Assembly (NCBI GenBank): GCA_003599345.1 | Contig: QZJP01000049.1 | Location: 1-57,611, forward strand | Origin: Bacillota bacterium | Lineage (GTDB): Bacteria; Bacillota; Sulfobacillia; UBA995; UBA9673 | Direction of reading: 5' to 3' | DNA: 57,611 bases | Part shown: piece after piece, positions 1-10,444 of the stretch | Numbering within the stretch: position 1 is the stretch's first letter | Layout of the letters: each line of letters starts with the position of its first letter | The notes under the pieces: generated by a model | The model's input: the letters and a program-made list of their open reading frames with translations, nothing else | Databases searched by the model: none | Told to the model about the DNA's origin: nothing | Translations under genes and position numbers: made by a program

Positions 1-1
1 C

Positions 2-3000
2 GACCCGCACACCGGGACCATAACGCACAGCGCCACGGGCGGCGGCTATACGGGCGCCGCCATCGGCAGCGTCACGGCGTCCATCGCCGAGGACGACTTC
101 CCGGGAGTCTCGGTCGCCGAGAGCGACGGGTTCACCGCCGTCACCGAGGCGGCGCTGCCGGGGGCGGGGGAAACCGACACCTACACGGTGGTCCTCACCC
201 ACGTGCCTAACGGCGACGTGACCATCGCCGTGACCGCAGACTCCGACGTGCGCGTCGAAACGGTCGCCGGTGGAGGTCCGCAGGCGACGGCCTCGCTGAC
301 CTTCACGACGGCCGACTGGTCAACCCCTCAGACCATCACTGTCTATGCCTTCGACGACGACGAGGTGGAAGGGGCGCACGCCGGGAATATCACCCACTCC
401 GCCGCCGGCGGCGGCTACGACGGAGTGCCCATTGCCGGCGTGACGGTCGCGGTGACCGACAACGACGTCCCGGGAATAACCATCATTGAAAGCGACTCCT
501 CCACCATTGTGGGCGAGGGGGCCGGCGGAGCCACAGACACCTATGAGGTCAGGCTGGCGGCCAAGCCGTCGGGCACGGTCACCGTGACCGTCACCCCGGA
601 CTCCCAGGTGACCGTGGCCGCGGGAACGACGGGTCCGGGAAGTCCCGGGGTCTCAGCGGTGCTCACCTTCACCGTCGCCGACTGGAATGTCCCACAGACC
701 CTCACGGTCGGGGCGGCCGAGGACCTGGTGGTCGAGGGGGTCCATTCCGGCCTTCTCCAGCACTCGGCGGCGGGCGGCGGCTACGACGGGATTACCGCGG
801 ACCTCACCGTGACCGTCGGCGACGACGACTTGCCCGGGGTGACAGTAACGGAGACCGGCGGCTCGACGGCGGTCACGGAGGGCGTCACTTCCGGCGAGGG
901 GGCCGGCGACACCTATGACGTGGTTCTGAATCTCGAGCCTTGCGCGACGGTCACTATCACCGTGACGGCGTCGCCCGAGAATCAGGTGACCCTGAGTTCC
1001 GGGGGCGGAGTGCCGTCCCCGAGCCTGGCCCTGACCTTCACCCCACAGGACTGGAACGTCCCGCAGACCGTGACGGTGAGGGCGGTGGACGACGGTGTCG
1101 TCGAGGGTTCGTCGAGCCCGCAGGCCTCCGTCTCCCTGGCTCACGCGGCGAGCGGAGGGGGGTACGACGGCGCCGCCGTCGACGCTGTCTCGGTGGCCGT
1201 TACCGACAATGATCTCCCGCAGGTAGTCGTGGCGGAGTCGGGGAACTCGACCGCGGTCGACGAGGCTTCGACCGCCTACGACACCTACACGATCCACCTC
1301 GGGCGGGAACCCTTCGACGACGTCACCGTGACGGTAACCGTAGGTGACGGGCAGACTCTCGTGGAGGTCGAAGCGGGCGGGGCCGGCACGGGGGTCGGCT
1401 CGAGCGCCATCCTCGTCTTCACCCCGTCCGACTGGGACGTGGCCCAGACCATCCGCGTCCACCCGGTCAACGACGACGTGGTCGAAGGTCAGCACACGGG
1501 GTTGATTTCCCACGCGGCCACCGGCGGCGGCTATGACGGCTGCGCCATCGACGACGTCACGGTCGCCGTCGCCGACAACGACGCGGGCGGGGTGACCATC
1601 GTCGAATCGGAGGACCGCACCCAGGTTGCCGAGGGCGGCGCCGGGGGCCCGGCTCTAGATACCTACCAGGTGCTCTTGACCATGCAGCCATCCGGGGACG
1701 TGACCATCACGGCCGCGCCCTCCGCCGATCTCACCGTGGACAACGGCTCCGCCGGGAACACTCTCGTCTTCACGCCCGTGAACTGGAACCTGCCACAGAC
1801 CATCACCGTCGCCGCGGTGGATGACGGCGAGGCCGAGGGTCTCCACACCGGAACCGTCAGCCACACCGCCGCCGGCGGGGGCTACACGGGAGCTTCGGTG
1901 GGCACCGTGACGGTTTTCATAACGGACAACGACCCGGGCGTGGTGGTGACGGAAAGTGGTGGGGCGACGGCCGTCAGGGAGGGCGGTCTGACCGACACTT
2001 ACATCATTGCGCTGAGCACCCAGCCGGCCGGCACGGTCACGGTGACGGTGACGCCGGACGGCCAGTTGACCGTTGATTGCGGGACCGGCCCGGGGTCGCC
2101 GGGCGTCGCGGGCCAGGTGACCTTCACGACCTCCGACTGGAGCGACCCGCGCACCATCACCGTCGCCGCGGCCGACGACCTGACCGTCGAGGGCGTACAC
2201 GCCGGCGTGGTGACTCACTCGGCGTCAAGCGGCGACCCGGACTACGATGCAATAGCCGCCCCGCCCGTCAACGTCACCATCACCGACAACGACTCGGAGG
2301 CCCCGCCCTACGAGCCGCCTCCGCCCGCGCCGGAACCCGGACCGGAACCGGCGACGGGCGTCCGGGTGGTCGACCCGGCGCGGGATACGACCCTCCGGTT
2401 CGCGGAACTCGGTTTGACGATACACTTCCCGGCAGGATTCGTGGCGGTAGAGCCGGGGGACGAGATCCGGGTCTCCGCCAGGGCCGCGGGACCGCCCGAC
2501 CCAGTCACCCTGGAAGGCACGCACCGCACAGCCGGGGGCAACTTCGAGCTCACTGTCGTCCGCTACAGGGCCGGCACCACGACCTCCGTCTATGAGTTCG
2601 CGAGGACCGTCACGGCCGTCGTCGACCTTCGCGCGACGGCCCCGCGCGGGGTCGTCGCCGACAAGATCGGCCTTTACGTCTGGGAGGCCGGGTCGCTCGG
2701 CCCGCCCTCCTGGGTCTACGTCCACTCGGGTTACGACTCAGGCTCGGGCCGGCTCATTGCCAGACTCGCCCACGCCAGCCGCTTCGCGGCCCTGGTCGCC
2801 ACCCGCACGTTCGACGACATCCAGACCCACTGGGCCAGGCAGGAGATCGAGGTCCTGACAGGCAGGAAGGTCATCCAGGGAGTGGCGCCGTGGGCCTTCG
2901 CCCCCGGCGACCTGGTGACGCGGGCTCAATTCTGCGCCCTCTTGGTCCGGGCGCTCGGGCTGGAGGTGTCCACATCCGGGACGACCCCGTTCGCCGACGT

Positions 3001-3634
3001 CCCGGCCACGGCCTGGTATGCCCCCGAAGTGCGGACGGCGTGGGAGGCCGGCCTGGCCACGGGGTCGACGGGCGCGTCCTTCGCTCCCAACCGGGCGATA
3101 ACCAGGCAAGAGATCGCCGTCTTCCTATCGCGAGCTCTGGAGGTGACCGGGTTCGCGGTGAACCTCACGTCCGGCGACGTCGCGGAGCTACTCGCCCCGT
3201 TCTCCGACGCGGGCCTCGTCCCGGGATGGGCTCGGGGTCCCTTCGCGCAAGTGCTCGCGCAGGGCATCGTCCGGGGCCGCACCTCCACTACCCTGGCGCC
3301 GGGAGGCACCGCCACGCGCGCCGAGGCGGCCGTGATGCTCAAGCGGCTCATGGCCAGGACCATGGACGTCGCCGCCACGGCGACGGGTGTTCTCCAGGTG
3401 AGCGACGTCGGGGGCCGGCACTTCGAGTTGATCGTCGCCGGGCAGGTCGCCGGCGACAGGGTCCTCGGCGGGCAGGTCTACACCCTCCTGGTCGACCCGG
3501 GCAATACCGCCCTGCTGGCGGACCTGGAGGCCCGCGTCGGGGCCACCGTCACCCTCGCCGGCACCGTCCGTCCTGAGGCCATCACAATCTACCAGCGAGG
3601 GGTTCCGTTCGTGGTCTACGCCGTGATTGGTTGA
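2..3634 (+). CDS. Large S-layer-homology (SLH) anchored surface protein with tandem Calx-beta/cadherin-like repeats; 5'-truncated by the window edge
   Basis: Frame is open from position 2 (DPHTGTITHSATGGGY...). About six ~120-aa repeats (DTYxVxL..P...LTFTxxxWxxPQTxTVxAxDD..EGxH...GGGY...VTVxDND), a Pro-rich linker, three SLH motifs (FDDIQTHWA/TRAQF, FADVPATAWY/TRQEI, FSDAGLVPGWA/TRAEA) and a short C-terminal beta domain. Confidence 0.88.
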   Translation, partial: DPHTGTITHSATGGGYTGAAIGSVTASIAEDDFPGVSVAESDGFTAVTEAALPGAGETDTYTVVLTHVPNGDVTIAVTADSDVRVETVAGGGPQATASLTFTTADWSTPQTITVYAFDDDEVEGAHAGNITHSAAGGGYDGVPIAGVTVAVTDNDVPGITIIESDSSTIVGEGAGGATDTYEVRLAAKPSGTVTVTVTPDSQVTVAAGTTGPGSPGVSAVLTFTVADWNVPQTLTVGAAEDLVVEGVHSGLLQHSAAGGGYDGITADLTVTVGDDDLPGVTVTETGGSTAVTEGVTSGEGAGDTYDVVLNLEPCATVTITVTASPENQVTLSSGGGVPSPSLALTFTPQDWNVPQTVTVRAVDDGVVEGSSSPQASVSLAHAASGGGYDGAAVDAVSVAVTDNDLPQVVVAESGNSTAVDEASTAYDTYTIHLGREPFDDVTVTVTVGDGQTLVEVEAGGAGTGVGSSAILVFTPSDWDVAQTIRVHPVNDDVVEGQHTGLISHAATGGGYDGCAIDDVTVAVADNDAGGVTIVESEDRTQVAEGGAGGPALDTYQVLLTMQPSGDVTITAAPSADLTVDNGSAGNTLVFTPVNWNLPQTITVAAVDDGEAEGLHTGTVSHTAAGGGYTGASVGTVTVFITDNDPGVVVTESGGATAVREGGLTDTYIIALSTQPAGTVTVTVTPDGQLTVDCGTGPGSPGVAGQVTFTTSDWSDPRTITVAAADDLTVEGVHAGVVTHSASSGDPDYDAIAAPPVNVTITDNDSEAPPYEPPPPAPEPGPEPATGVRVVDPARDTTLRFAELGLTIHFPAGFVAVEPGDEIRVSARAAGPPDPVTLEGTHRTAGGNFELTVVRYRAGTTTSVYEFARTVTAVVDLRATAPRGVVADKIGLYVWEAGSLGPPSWVYVHSGYDSGSGRLIARLAHASRFAALVATRTFDDIQTHWARQEIEVLTGRKVIQGVAPWAFAPGDLVTRAQFCALLVRALGLEVSTSGTTPFADVPATAWYAPEVRTAWEAGLATGSTGASFAPNRAITRQEIAVFLSRALEVTGFAVNLTSGDVAELLAPFSDAGLVPGWARGPFAQVLAQGIVRGRTSTTLAPGGTATRAEAAVMLKRLMARTMDVAATATGVLQVSDVGGRHFELIVAGQVAGDRVLGGQVYTLLVDPGNTALLADLEARVGATVTLAGTVRPEAITIYQRGVPFVVYAVIG

Positions 3635-3744
3635 CGCGGTTCCTGTCGGACAGGGCGCCACCAGCCAGGAGGCGTGCGATTGGTGTCGAACCAGCGGCTA
3701 GCTGAGACCCTGGCCGCGACACCAGACCTGACTGGGGGGCTACA

Positions 3745-4743
3745 TTGGCAACGCGCGGGACCGCCGGTTTCTCGCCCTACATCCTGTTCACCCGTGCCGA
3801 GTGGGCCCGTTTGCGGGCCTCGACCCCGCTCACCCTGACCCTGGAGGACCTCGAGCGTCTTCGCGGCATCAACGAGCGTATCTCCCTGGACGAGGTAGCC
3901 GAGGTCTACCTGCCTCTTTCGCGCCTTCTCAACCTGCACGTCGTCGCCGCCCAGGAGCTCCGCCGCGTGACCGAGGTCTTCCTGGGGGAGCCCGCGACGC
4001 AGGCCGGAGCGGCGTCAGCGGAGACTATCGAGGGCGGGGCCATCCCCGGGACCGCGGCGAAAGTCCCCTACGTGATAGGCCTCGCCGGCAGCGTGGCCGT
4101 CGGGAAGAGCACGACCGCTCGCATCCTGCAGGCGCTCCTCTCGCGGTGGCCGGGCCATCGCCGCGTCGACCTAGTCACCACGGACGGGTTCCTCTTCCCG
4201 AACCGGGTTCTCGAGGAACGCGGCCTGATGGGTCGTAAAGGCTTCCCCGAGAGCTATGATATCCGGCGCTTCATCCGGTTCCTCGCCGAGTTGAAGTCCG
4301 GGGTGCCCGAGCTGCGGGTTCCCCTCTACTCGCACTTCACCTACGACATCCTCCCGGATGAGTTCCAGGTCCTGAGGCAGCCGGACATCGTCATCATCGA
4401 GGGGCTGAACGTGCTCCAGACCCCGCCCGGCGCGTCCGTCTTCGTCTCCGACTTCTTCGATTTCTCCATCTACGTGGACGCCGAGGAAGCCCACATCATC
4501 CGCTGGTACGTGGAGCGCTTCCTGACCTTCGTCGGGACGGCGTTCCGCGACCCTCGCTCCTACTTCCACCGCTACGCCAGCTTGTCAACAGCGGACGCCG
4601 TCATGGCGGCGGAGCGCATCTGGCGGGACATCAACTCCGTCAACTTGAGGGAGAACATCCTTCCCACGAGAGACCGGGCGCGGCTCATCCTCACCAAGGG
4701 TCCGGACCACAGCGTCAACGAGGTCAGGCTCCGGAGGATGTGA
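3745..4743 (+). CDS. coaA: Type I pantothenate kinase
   Basis: [23 protein letters not shown]-loop, [34 protein letters not shown] and [10 protein letters not shown] motifs. Confidence 0.96.
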   Translation: MATRGTAGFSPYILFTRAEWARLRASTPLTLTLEDLERLRGINERISLDEVAEVYLPLSRLLNLHVVAAQELRRVTEVFLGEPATQAGAASAETIEGGAIPGTAAKVPYVIGLAGSVAVGKSTTARILQALLSRWPGHRRVDLVTTDGFLFPNRVLEERGLMGRKGFPESYDIRRFIRFLAELKSGVPELRVPLYSHFTYDILPDEFQVLRQPDIVIIEGLNVLQTPPGASVFVSDFFDFSIYVDAEEAHIIRWYVERFLTFVGTAFRDPRSYFHRYASLSTADAVMAAERIWRDINSVNLRENILPTRDRARLILTKGPDHSVNEVRLRRM

Positions 4744-4753
4744 TCTGCCCGAC

Positions 4754-5770
4754 CTACGCGCGGCGGCGCGACGGGTTGCGGCCGGCGACCGGTCCTCGCC
4801 CGGGTTCCCGCCCGCGTCGCCCGTTCCGCTCACGCTCGGCGCGGGGGAGGGTCAAGGCGAAAAGGCCGGCCGCGACGGCCCCTGAGCCAGTCGCCAGGAG
4901 ATGGCTTCTCACGCCGCTGAGCGCGGCGAGAGCAAGGGAACGCAGGGAGAGAGACTCCAGTTCGGGAACGGTCGCGGGGAGGTAGGACGCGGTCACGTCC
5001 ATGGCCAGGAGGCCGAGGGTTACCGATATCCCGATGACGGCAAGCCCTCCGGCCGCCCAAACCCCGCCCCCGGCCGCTACGCCCCGGGCCCCGCGCCCGC
5101 CGAACGTCCACAGGAGGATGGACAGCCCGAGACCGTAGATGCCGGCAACGACCGGCGCCATGGTCGCCGCCCGCCAGACAGGCCGCGCTCTGGCCAGGGT
5201 CGGCTCGTCCAGCGTGGCGCCGATATCGACGTAGTCGGGTAAGTCTTGAAGACCCCGGGCGGCGTTCAGGTAGAACTCCTCTCCCAGGTGACGCCGGATG
5301 GAGTCGAGCAGCACGACCTTGAGTTCAACCACGGGGATCTCTATGGAGAGGCAGTCGTCGTCCGAGCCGAGGTAGGCGACCACGCCGGTCAGGAAAGTTT
5401 CAAGCTGAATCTCGAGCCACCCGACGGGGATACCTTCCTCCAGGGCCAGGCGGAGCGCCCGGCGGCGGGTGTCGTCCAGGCCCGAGTTCGACACCAGGCT
5501 GTCGAGGAGCTCCGACTTGGCGGAGGCCAGGACCCCCGCCTGGCGGGCCACTTCGACGATGTAGACGGGGTTGGCCGCCGTAGCCCTGAGGCTTGTGCCC
5601 ACGCACAGCCCTACCACGCAGGGGAAGAGACCCAGGACGAAGACTATTGCCGCGAGTATCCGGGCGGCCGTGAGGACGAGCCGGCCCGAGCCCCGGTGAC
5701 GGGCGTTCCCGGAACGACCGCGACTCCGGTCGGAGAGGCGAGGCCCCCGGGCCTGGCGGGTACGCGACAA
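4754..5770 (-). CDS. Hypothetical integral membrane protein (N-terminal TM, soluble helical domain, about 3 C-terminal TMs)
   Basis: 338-aa ORF with AGGAAAGGAG RBS before TTG and hydrophobic segments. Confidence 0.7.
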   Translation of the reverse strand: MSRTRQARGPRLSDRSRGRSGNARHRGSGRLVLTAARILAAIVFVLGLFPCVVGLCVGTSLRATAANPVYIVEVARQAGVLASAKSELLDSLVSNSGLDDTRRRALRLALEEGIPVGWLEIQLETFLTGVVAYLGSDDDCLSIEIPVVELKVVLLDSIRRHLGEEFYLNAARGLQDLPDYVDIGATLDEPTLARARPVWRAATMAPVVAGIYGLGLSILLWTFGGRGARGVAAGGGVWAAGGLAVIGISVTLGLLAMDVTASYLPATVPELESLSLRSLALAALSGVRSHLLATGSGAVAAGLFALTLPRAERERNGRRGREPGRGPVAGRNPSRRRA

Positions 5771-5915
5771 GGGGCGGTCTCCTTTCCTCGGCCGCCCCTT
5801 AGGATACCCTGGCTAGAAAGTCCGACCCCGCGGACCACTCGCGCAACGTCCAGCCCCGCGGACAGCTGTTTGCGACCGCCGCATTTGCCCAGGCACTAGG
5901 CCACGGCGGCCAAGC

Positions 5916-6548
5916 TCACGCGCGCTTCGGCCCGAGAAGCGACGCGACCAGGACGTCCGCCGCGGACACCCCGATGCGCGCCAGCTCCTCCTCGTACTCC
6001 TGGTTCACCCGCCAGCGCCCTCCGGAGTAGATGACGGCGTCCCAGGGCTGGACGACCAGATCGTCCGTTTCGAGACCGACCCAGTCGGGAGTTATGCTGG
6101 AAGAGTGCCGGTAGAGCGTGGCCGTCTTCACTTCGGTCGCCCCTTGGGCCCAGCACTCGTCGACCGCAACCCGGAGAGTCTCACCGGTCCCCGCCATGTC
6201 ATCGACCACCAGAACACGGCGGCCCTTGACAACCTCCGACGGGATGCGGCCGATGAGAGCCGGGTGCCGCCGGGTCACGATGTCGTCCTGGCGGCGCGTG
6301 ATGCGTATGGGGAAGAAATCGCGCCGGAGCATCGAGGCGATGATGGCCCCGGGAATGGCGCCACCCTTGGCGATGCCCACGATGACCTCCGGGTGGAGGG
6401 TCTTCTCGACCTCCTCGGCCAGCCGGCGGCATATCCTACCGACGTCCTCCCAGTCGATGGCCAGGACGCCGGTGTGCTCGTGATCCATGGACTTCAGGTG
6501 CTTCTTCACGGGCCCCACCCCTATGGTCGAGGCATCTTCCGGCGACAC
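5916..6548 (-). CDS. Type I phosphoribosyltransferase (purine PRTase-like)
   Basis: IVGIAKGG, PRPP-binding VLVVDDMAGTGETL and C-terminal VVQPW motifs. Confidence 0.88.
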   Translation of the reverse strand: MSPEDASTIGVGPVKKHLKSMDHEHTGVLAIDWEDVGRICRRLAEEVEKTLHPEVIVGIAKGGAIPGAIIASMLRRDFFPIRITRRQDDIVTRRHPALIGRIPSEVVKGRRVLVVDDMAGTGETLRVAVDECWAQGATEVKTATLYRHSSSITPDWVGLETDDLVVQPWDAVIYSGGRWRVNQEYEEELARIGVSAADVLVASLLGPKRA

Positions 6549-6642
6549 GTGCAGGAATCGACCCTACCGCAGGGCGATTATAACACGTCGTGTTGGTCAC
6601 AATGCGCCTGCGAGGGAACAGAGGGGAGAGGGGGAAGCACCG

Positions 6643-7896
6643 GTGAGCGAGGTTTCCACCCCAGGTCAAACCGGGGGCGGCGGCCCGACCGTCGCCGAAC
6701 TGGCGGCCGTGCTGGACCGTATCGCCCCACCCGCGCTGGCCGAACCGTGGGACAACGTGGGGGTGCTGGTCGGGGACCCGGAGTCCCGGCCCCGATGGGT
6801 CGCCGTGACCCTGGACCCCGCGTTCGCGCTCATTCCGGCTGTGGGCCGAGCCCTGGGCCGGGCCGCGGATCCCAGCACCACAGGTCTTGTCCCCAATCCC
6901 GGTGGAGGACCTCTGCCGGAGGGCCACGGCCTGCTTGTCGCCCACCACCCCGTGCCGTGGAGGCCCCTCTCCCGGGTGCTGGCGACCGACCCGGCCGGCC
7001 AGGTCGTATCGGAGTGTCTCCGCCGGGGCATCTCCCTCTACGCGGCCCATACAAGTTTCGATTCGGCCCCTGGGGGCCTCTCGCACGTGCTGGCCTCGCT
7101 CGTGGGTATGGCGAGCGAGGGGCGGATGCCCATCGTACCGCGAGGCCGGCACCTCAAGCTTGTCGTTTTCGTGCCCCCCGACCAGAGCGCGGCCGTCAGG
7201 CAGGCTTTGGCCGGGGCCGGCGCCGGCTGGATAGGGAACTACAGCGACACGGCCTTCGCGTCCCCCGGCCGAGGCTACTTCCTGCCCCGTGAGGGAGCCG
7301 ATCCTTTCACCGGCTCACCCGGAGTGCTCGAGGAGACGGCCGAGGAACGGGTCGAGACCATCGTCCCGGCCCACCTCCTGGACGAGGCGGTGCGTCGGAT
7401 GCTGGAGGTCCATCCCTACGACGAAGTCGCCTACGACGTCTACCCGCTTGAGAGCCACCCGTCCGTGACCAGACCCGAGCTGCTCGCCGGGATAGGCCGG
7501 ATTGGGGATCTGCCCGGGGACGGCTTGCCCCTCGACGAGTTCACCCGGCACGTGGAGCGGGCTCTCGGGCTCGCCCCGGGCGAAGCAAGACTCCTTGGCG
7601 GCCCGGCGACCCGGACCGGTCTCGTGGGGCGCGTCGCCGTCTGCCCGGGAGCCGGTGGCGCCCACGTCCGGGCGGTCGCGGCGGCGGGCGCCCACGTCTA
7701 CGTCACCGGCGACGTGGGCTACCACGATGCGGTGGGGGCGGCCGGGCTCCGGCTGGCCGTCATCGACGCCGGCCACCTGGCGACCGAGAGGCCGTTCGTG
7801 GGAGTCATGGCCACCCTGCTCAGGAAAGAATTCAGAGCCCAAGGGATTCCACTGGACATCATCGAAGTTCCGACTCCGCCAGCCGGGCTGCGCTGA
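6643..7896 (+). CDS. Nif3-like dinuclear metal-centre protein (YqfO/YbgI type, with PII-like insertion)
   Basis: AEPWDNVG, AHHP, YAAHTSFD, KLVVFVP, GAGWIGNY, HPYDEVAYD, TGDVGYH and DAGHLATE motifs. GTG start at 6643 after a purine-rich RBS. Confidence 0.93.
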   Translation: MSEVSTPGQTGGGGPTVAELAAVLDRIAPPALAEPWDNVGVLVGDPESRPRWVAVTLDPAFALIPAVGRALGRAADPSTTGLVPNPGGGPLPEGHGLLVAHHPVPWRPLSRVLATDPAGQVVSECLRRGISLYAAHTSFDSAPGGLSHVLASLVGMASEGRMPIVPRGRHLKLVVFVPPDQSAAVRQALAGAGAGWIGNYSDTAFASPGRGYFLPREGADPFTGSPGVLEETAEERVETIVPAHLLDEAVRRMLEVHPYDEVAYDVYPLESHPSVTRPELLAGIGRIGDLPGDGLPLDEFTRHVERALGLAPGEARLLGGPATRTGLVGRVAVCPGAGGAHVRAVAAAGAHVYVTGDVGYHDAVGAAGLRLAVIDAGHLATERPFVGVMATLLRKEFRAQGIPLDIIEVPTPPAGLR

Positions 7897-7913
7897 AGGG
7901 GAAAGGGGACGCA

Positions 7914-8720
7914 ATGGACTCCGGATACATCCGTGCCGACTTCCGGAACCTTCTCGAGGTACAGGAATTGGACTCCGAGATTGCGAGGCGCCGGGCCGCC
8001 ATCGAGCATAGCCTCAACGACCCCGAGGTGACAAGGCTCCGGGAGCTTGTCAAGCGGGCCGCGGAGGCCGCGTCCGCCGCCAAGGAACGGGTCGCGACCC
8101 TGAAGCGGGCCATCTCGTGGGAAGAGAAGGAAGCCGACGGCATCCGCGAACAGATAACCTCCGCCGAGCGCAAGATGTATGGCGGCCATGTCGCCAACCC
8201 TAAGGAACTCGACCAGATGCAGAAGAAGGTTGAGCAGCAACGAAAGGACCTGGGCCGGCACGAAGAGGCCGCGCTCGAAGCGATGATGGAACTCGAGGAA
8301 GCCGCCCCGGAGCTCGACCAGGCCGATGCGACTCTGGCGCGGGCCGGCGAGGAGCTGGCGAAGGCCGAGGCCGAGAACAAGGCGACCGCGGCCACCCTCG
8401 AGGCCGAGATACGGGAGATAGAGCCGCGCCGCGCGGATGCGGCCGCCCGGGTTCCCGCGGGCCTCATGTCACGCTACGAGCAGATTCGCGACAGGAGGGG
8501 CGGCTTGGGCGTAGCCGCACTCACCCCTGACGGCTTGTGCGGGGCGTGCCTCATCAAGGTCCCCGCGATACTGGCCGAGACGGCCCGCAAGGGCGCTCTG
8601 GAGGTCTGCGAGAGCTGTGGGCGGCTCCTCGTGGGGCCCAAGCAGGCCCTCGACGCGGCCGGCCCCGGCGAGCCCGGCGGGCGGGACGCCACCACCGGCG
8701 GCGCCGGAGGCGGAGCGTGA
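7914..8720 (+). CDS. C4-type zinc-ribbon coiled-coil protein (DUF164 family)
   Basis: LLEVQELD start, long coiled coil, YEQIR, CGAC...CESCGRLL. Typical position after nif3. Confidence 0.92.
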   Translation: MDSGYIRADFRNLLEVQELDSEIARRRAAIEHSLNDPEVTRLRELVKRAAEAASAAKERVATLKRAISWEEKEADGIREQITSAERKMYGGHVANPKELDQMQKKVEQQRKDLGRHEEAALEAMMELEEAAPELDQADATLARAGEELAKAEAENKATAATLEAEIREIEPRRADAAARVPAGLMSRYEQIRDRRGGLGVAALTPDGLCGACLIKVPAILAETARKGALEVCESCGRLLVGPKQALDAAGPGEPGGRDATTGGAGGGA

Positions 8721-10444
8721 ACCCGGGGGAGGGTGCAGTCCTCACCTGCCACATCGACGGTGCGAGCCGGGGGAATCCAGGGCCGGCCGGCGCCGGAGTC
8801 GTCGTCTACGACGGGTCCGGTCGCGAGCGGCGAGCCGCCGGCATCTACCTCGGAGAGACCACGAACAATGTGGCTGAGTACCTGGCCCTGATAGAGGCCT
8901 TGCGGGCCGCGTCCGACATCTGCCGCGAGGACGGGCTCGAACGGGACCGGACCTCCGTCGTCATCCGGACGGACAGCCAGCTCGTGGCGAGGCAGGTGTC
9001 CGGCGAATACCGGGTCAAGAGCCAAGCTCTGGCGCCGCTGCTCGGCGACTTCCGCCGGGAGGCGGGGGGCTTCTACCGCGTGAGCGTTCTCCACGTGCCC
9101 CGCGAGCAGAACCGCCGGGCCGACGAGCTGGCCAACCAGGCCATCGACGACGCCTTCGGGCGGGGGAAGAGCGGGGCCAGCCCGCGGTATTCCCGGCTGA
9201 GCCACCTCGAGTGCTCCCGTTGCGAGCGGCGCCTGGACCCCGCCGAACCGCACGGCCCTTGCCCGGCCTGTGGCGCCCCGCTCCTCGCCCGCTACGACCT
9301 CGCCGGCCTCGTCTGGCCTCCCCGAGGGAACGACTGTAGCCTGGGTAACCCGGGGCAGTGCCCGGAACACAACTCCATGTGGCGCTACCACGAACTCCTA
9401 CCCGTCACCGCGCCGCAGTACGTGGTCAGCCTCGGCGAGGGTCTGACGCCCTTGGTGGCGATGGGCGGGCTCGAGCGGGAGTTGGGGCTAGGCCGGGTCC
9501 TGGTCAAGGACGACCGCCTCAACCCGACGGGGACTTTCAAGAGCCGAGGGGCTTCGGCCGCCGTCTCCCGGCTCGTCGAGCTGGGCATAGAGAAGTGCGC
9601 CATCCCCACCCAGGGCAACGCCGGTTCGGCCTTCGCCGCCTACTCGGCCCGGGCGGGCCTGAGATTCCTCACCGCCATGCCTGAGGACACCCCGGCTGCC
9701 ATCCGCGCCGAGTGCGAGGCCTACGGGGCCGAGGTCGTCACCGTGAAGGGACTCCTCCCCGACGCGGGGCGTTACGTGCGTGAGCGGGCGGCGGCCGAGG
9801 GCTGGTACGTGGCCTCCACCTTTGACGAACCCTACCGGGCCGAGGGCAAGAAGACGATCGCCCTGGAGCTTTTCGAGGCCTTTGGCTCCCGCTGGCCTGA
9901 CGCCATCGTTTTCCCCGTGGGGGGCGGGGTGGGTCTCGTCGGCGCCTGGAAGGCGGCCCAAGAGCTCGCGACGGCGGGTGTGGCCGGCGCGGCCGAGCCG
10001 CGTTCCGGCGCCACCGGCGCGGCTGGACCGGGTTCCGGCGCCTCGGGGACCACTGATGGGCGGCCCAGGCTACCCCGGCTGTTCGCCGTCCAGGCCGCGG
10101 GCTGCGCCCCGGTGGTCAAAGCCTATGGCGAGGGCCGCGACGAGACCGAGCCTTTCGCCAACGCCGAAACGGTGGCGGCCGGGCTCCGGGTGCCGTCGCC
10201 CAAAGCGGGGTTCCTCATCCTGCGGGCGTTGCGGGCCTCCGGCGGGGCGGCCGTCGCCGTGCCGGACGAAGTCATCCTCCGGACGGTGGTCAAACTCCGG
10301 CGCGAGGAGGGTCTCAACTTCTGCCCGGAGGGCGCCGCGGCCGTGGCCGCCCTGCCCGAATTGGCTCGCCGCGGCTGGCTCGACGGCTGCCGCGAGGTCG
10401 TGGTCGTCAGCACCGGCACGGGGTTGAAATACCCCTCGGGCTAG
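8717..10444 (+). CDS. Fusion protein: N-terminal ribonuclease HI plus C-terminal threonine-synthase-like PLP enzyme
   Basis: GTG start overlaps the upstream TGA. RNase HI motifs IDGASRGNPG, TNNVAEY, TDSQLV, HVPREQNRRADELA. Then CSRC/CPAC, SMWRY, LGEGLTPL, NPTGTFKSRG, GNAG, EGKKT, PVGGGVG, CPEGAA and TGTGLKY. Confidence 0.9.
   Translation: MNPGEGAVLTCHIDGASRGNPGPAGAGVVVYDGSGRERRAAGIYLGETTNNVAEYLALIEALRAASDICREDGLERDRTSVVIRTDSQLVARQVSGEYRVKSQALAPLLGDFRREAGGFYRVSVLHVPREQNRRADELANQAIDDAFGRGKSGASPRYSRLSHLECSRCERRLDPAEPHGPCPACGAPLLARYDLAGLVWPPRGNDCSLGNPGQCPEHNSMWRYHELLPVTAPQYVVSLGEGLTPLVAMGGLERELGLGRVLVKDDRLNPTGTFKSRGASAAVSRLVELGIEKCAIPTQGNAGSAFAAYSARAGLRFLTAMPEDTPAAIRAECEAYGAEVVTVKGLLPDAGRYVRERAAAEGWYVASTFDEPYRAEGKKTIALELFEAFGSRWPDAIVFPVGGGVGLVGAWKAAQELATAGVAGAAEPRSGATGAAGPGSGASGTTDGRPRLPRLFAVQAAGCAPVVKAYGEGRDETEPFANAETVAAGLRVPSPKAGFLILRALRASGGAAVAVPDEVILRTVVKLRREEGLNFCPEGAAAVAALPELARRGWLDGCREVVVVSTGTGLKYPSG

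Noticed and set aside
8537-8716. ORF-track extension of the RNase H fusion
   Set aside because: Overlaps the zinc-ribbon gene; a coupled GTGA start at 8717 is more plausible.
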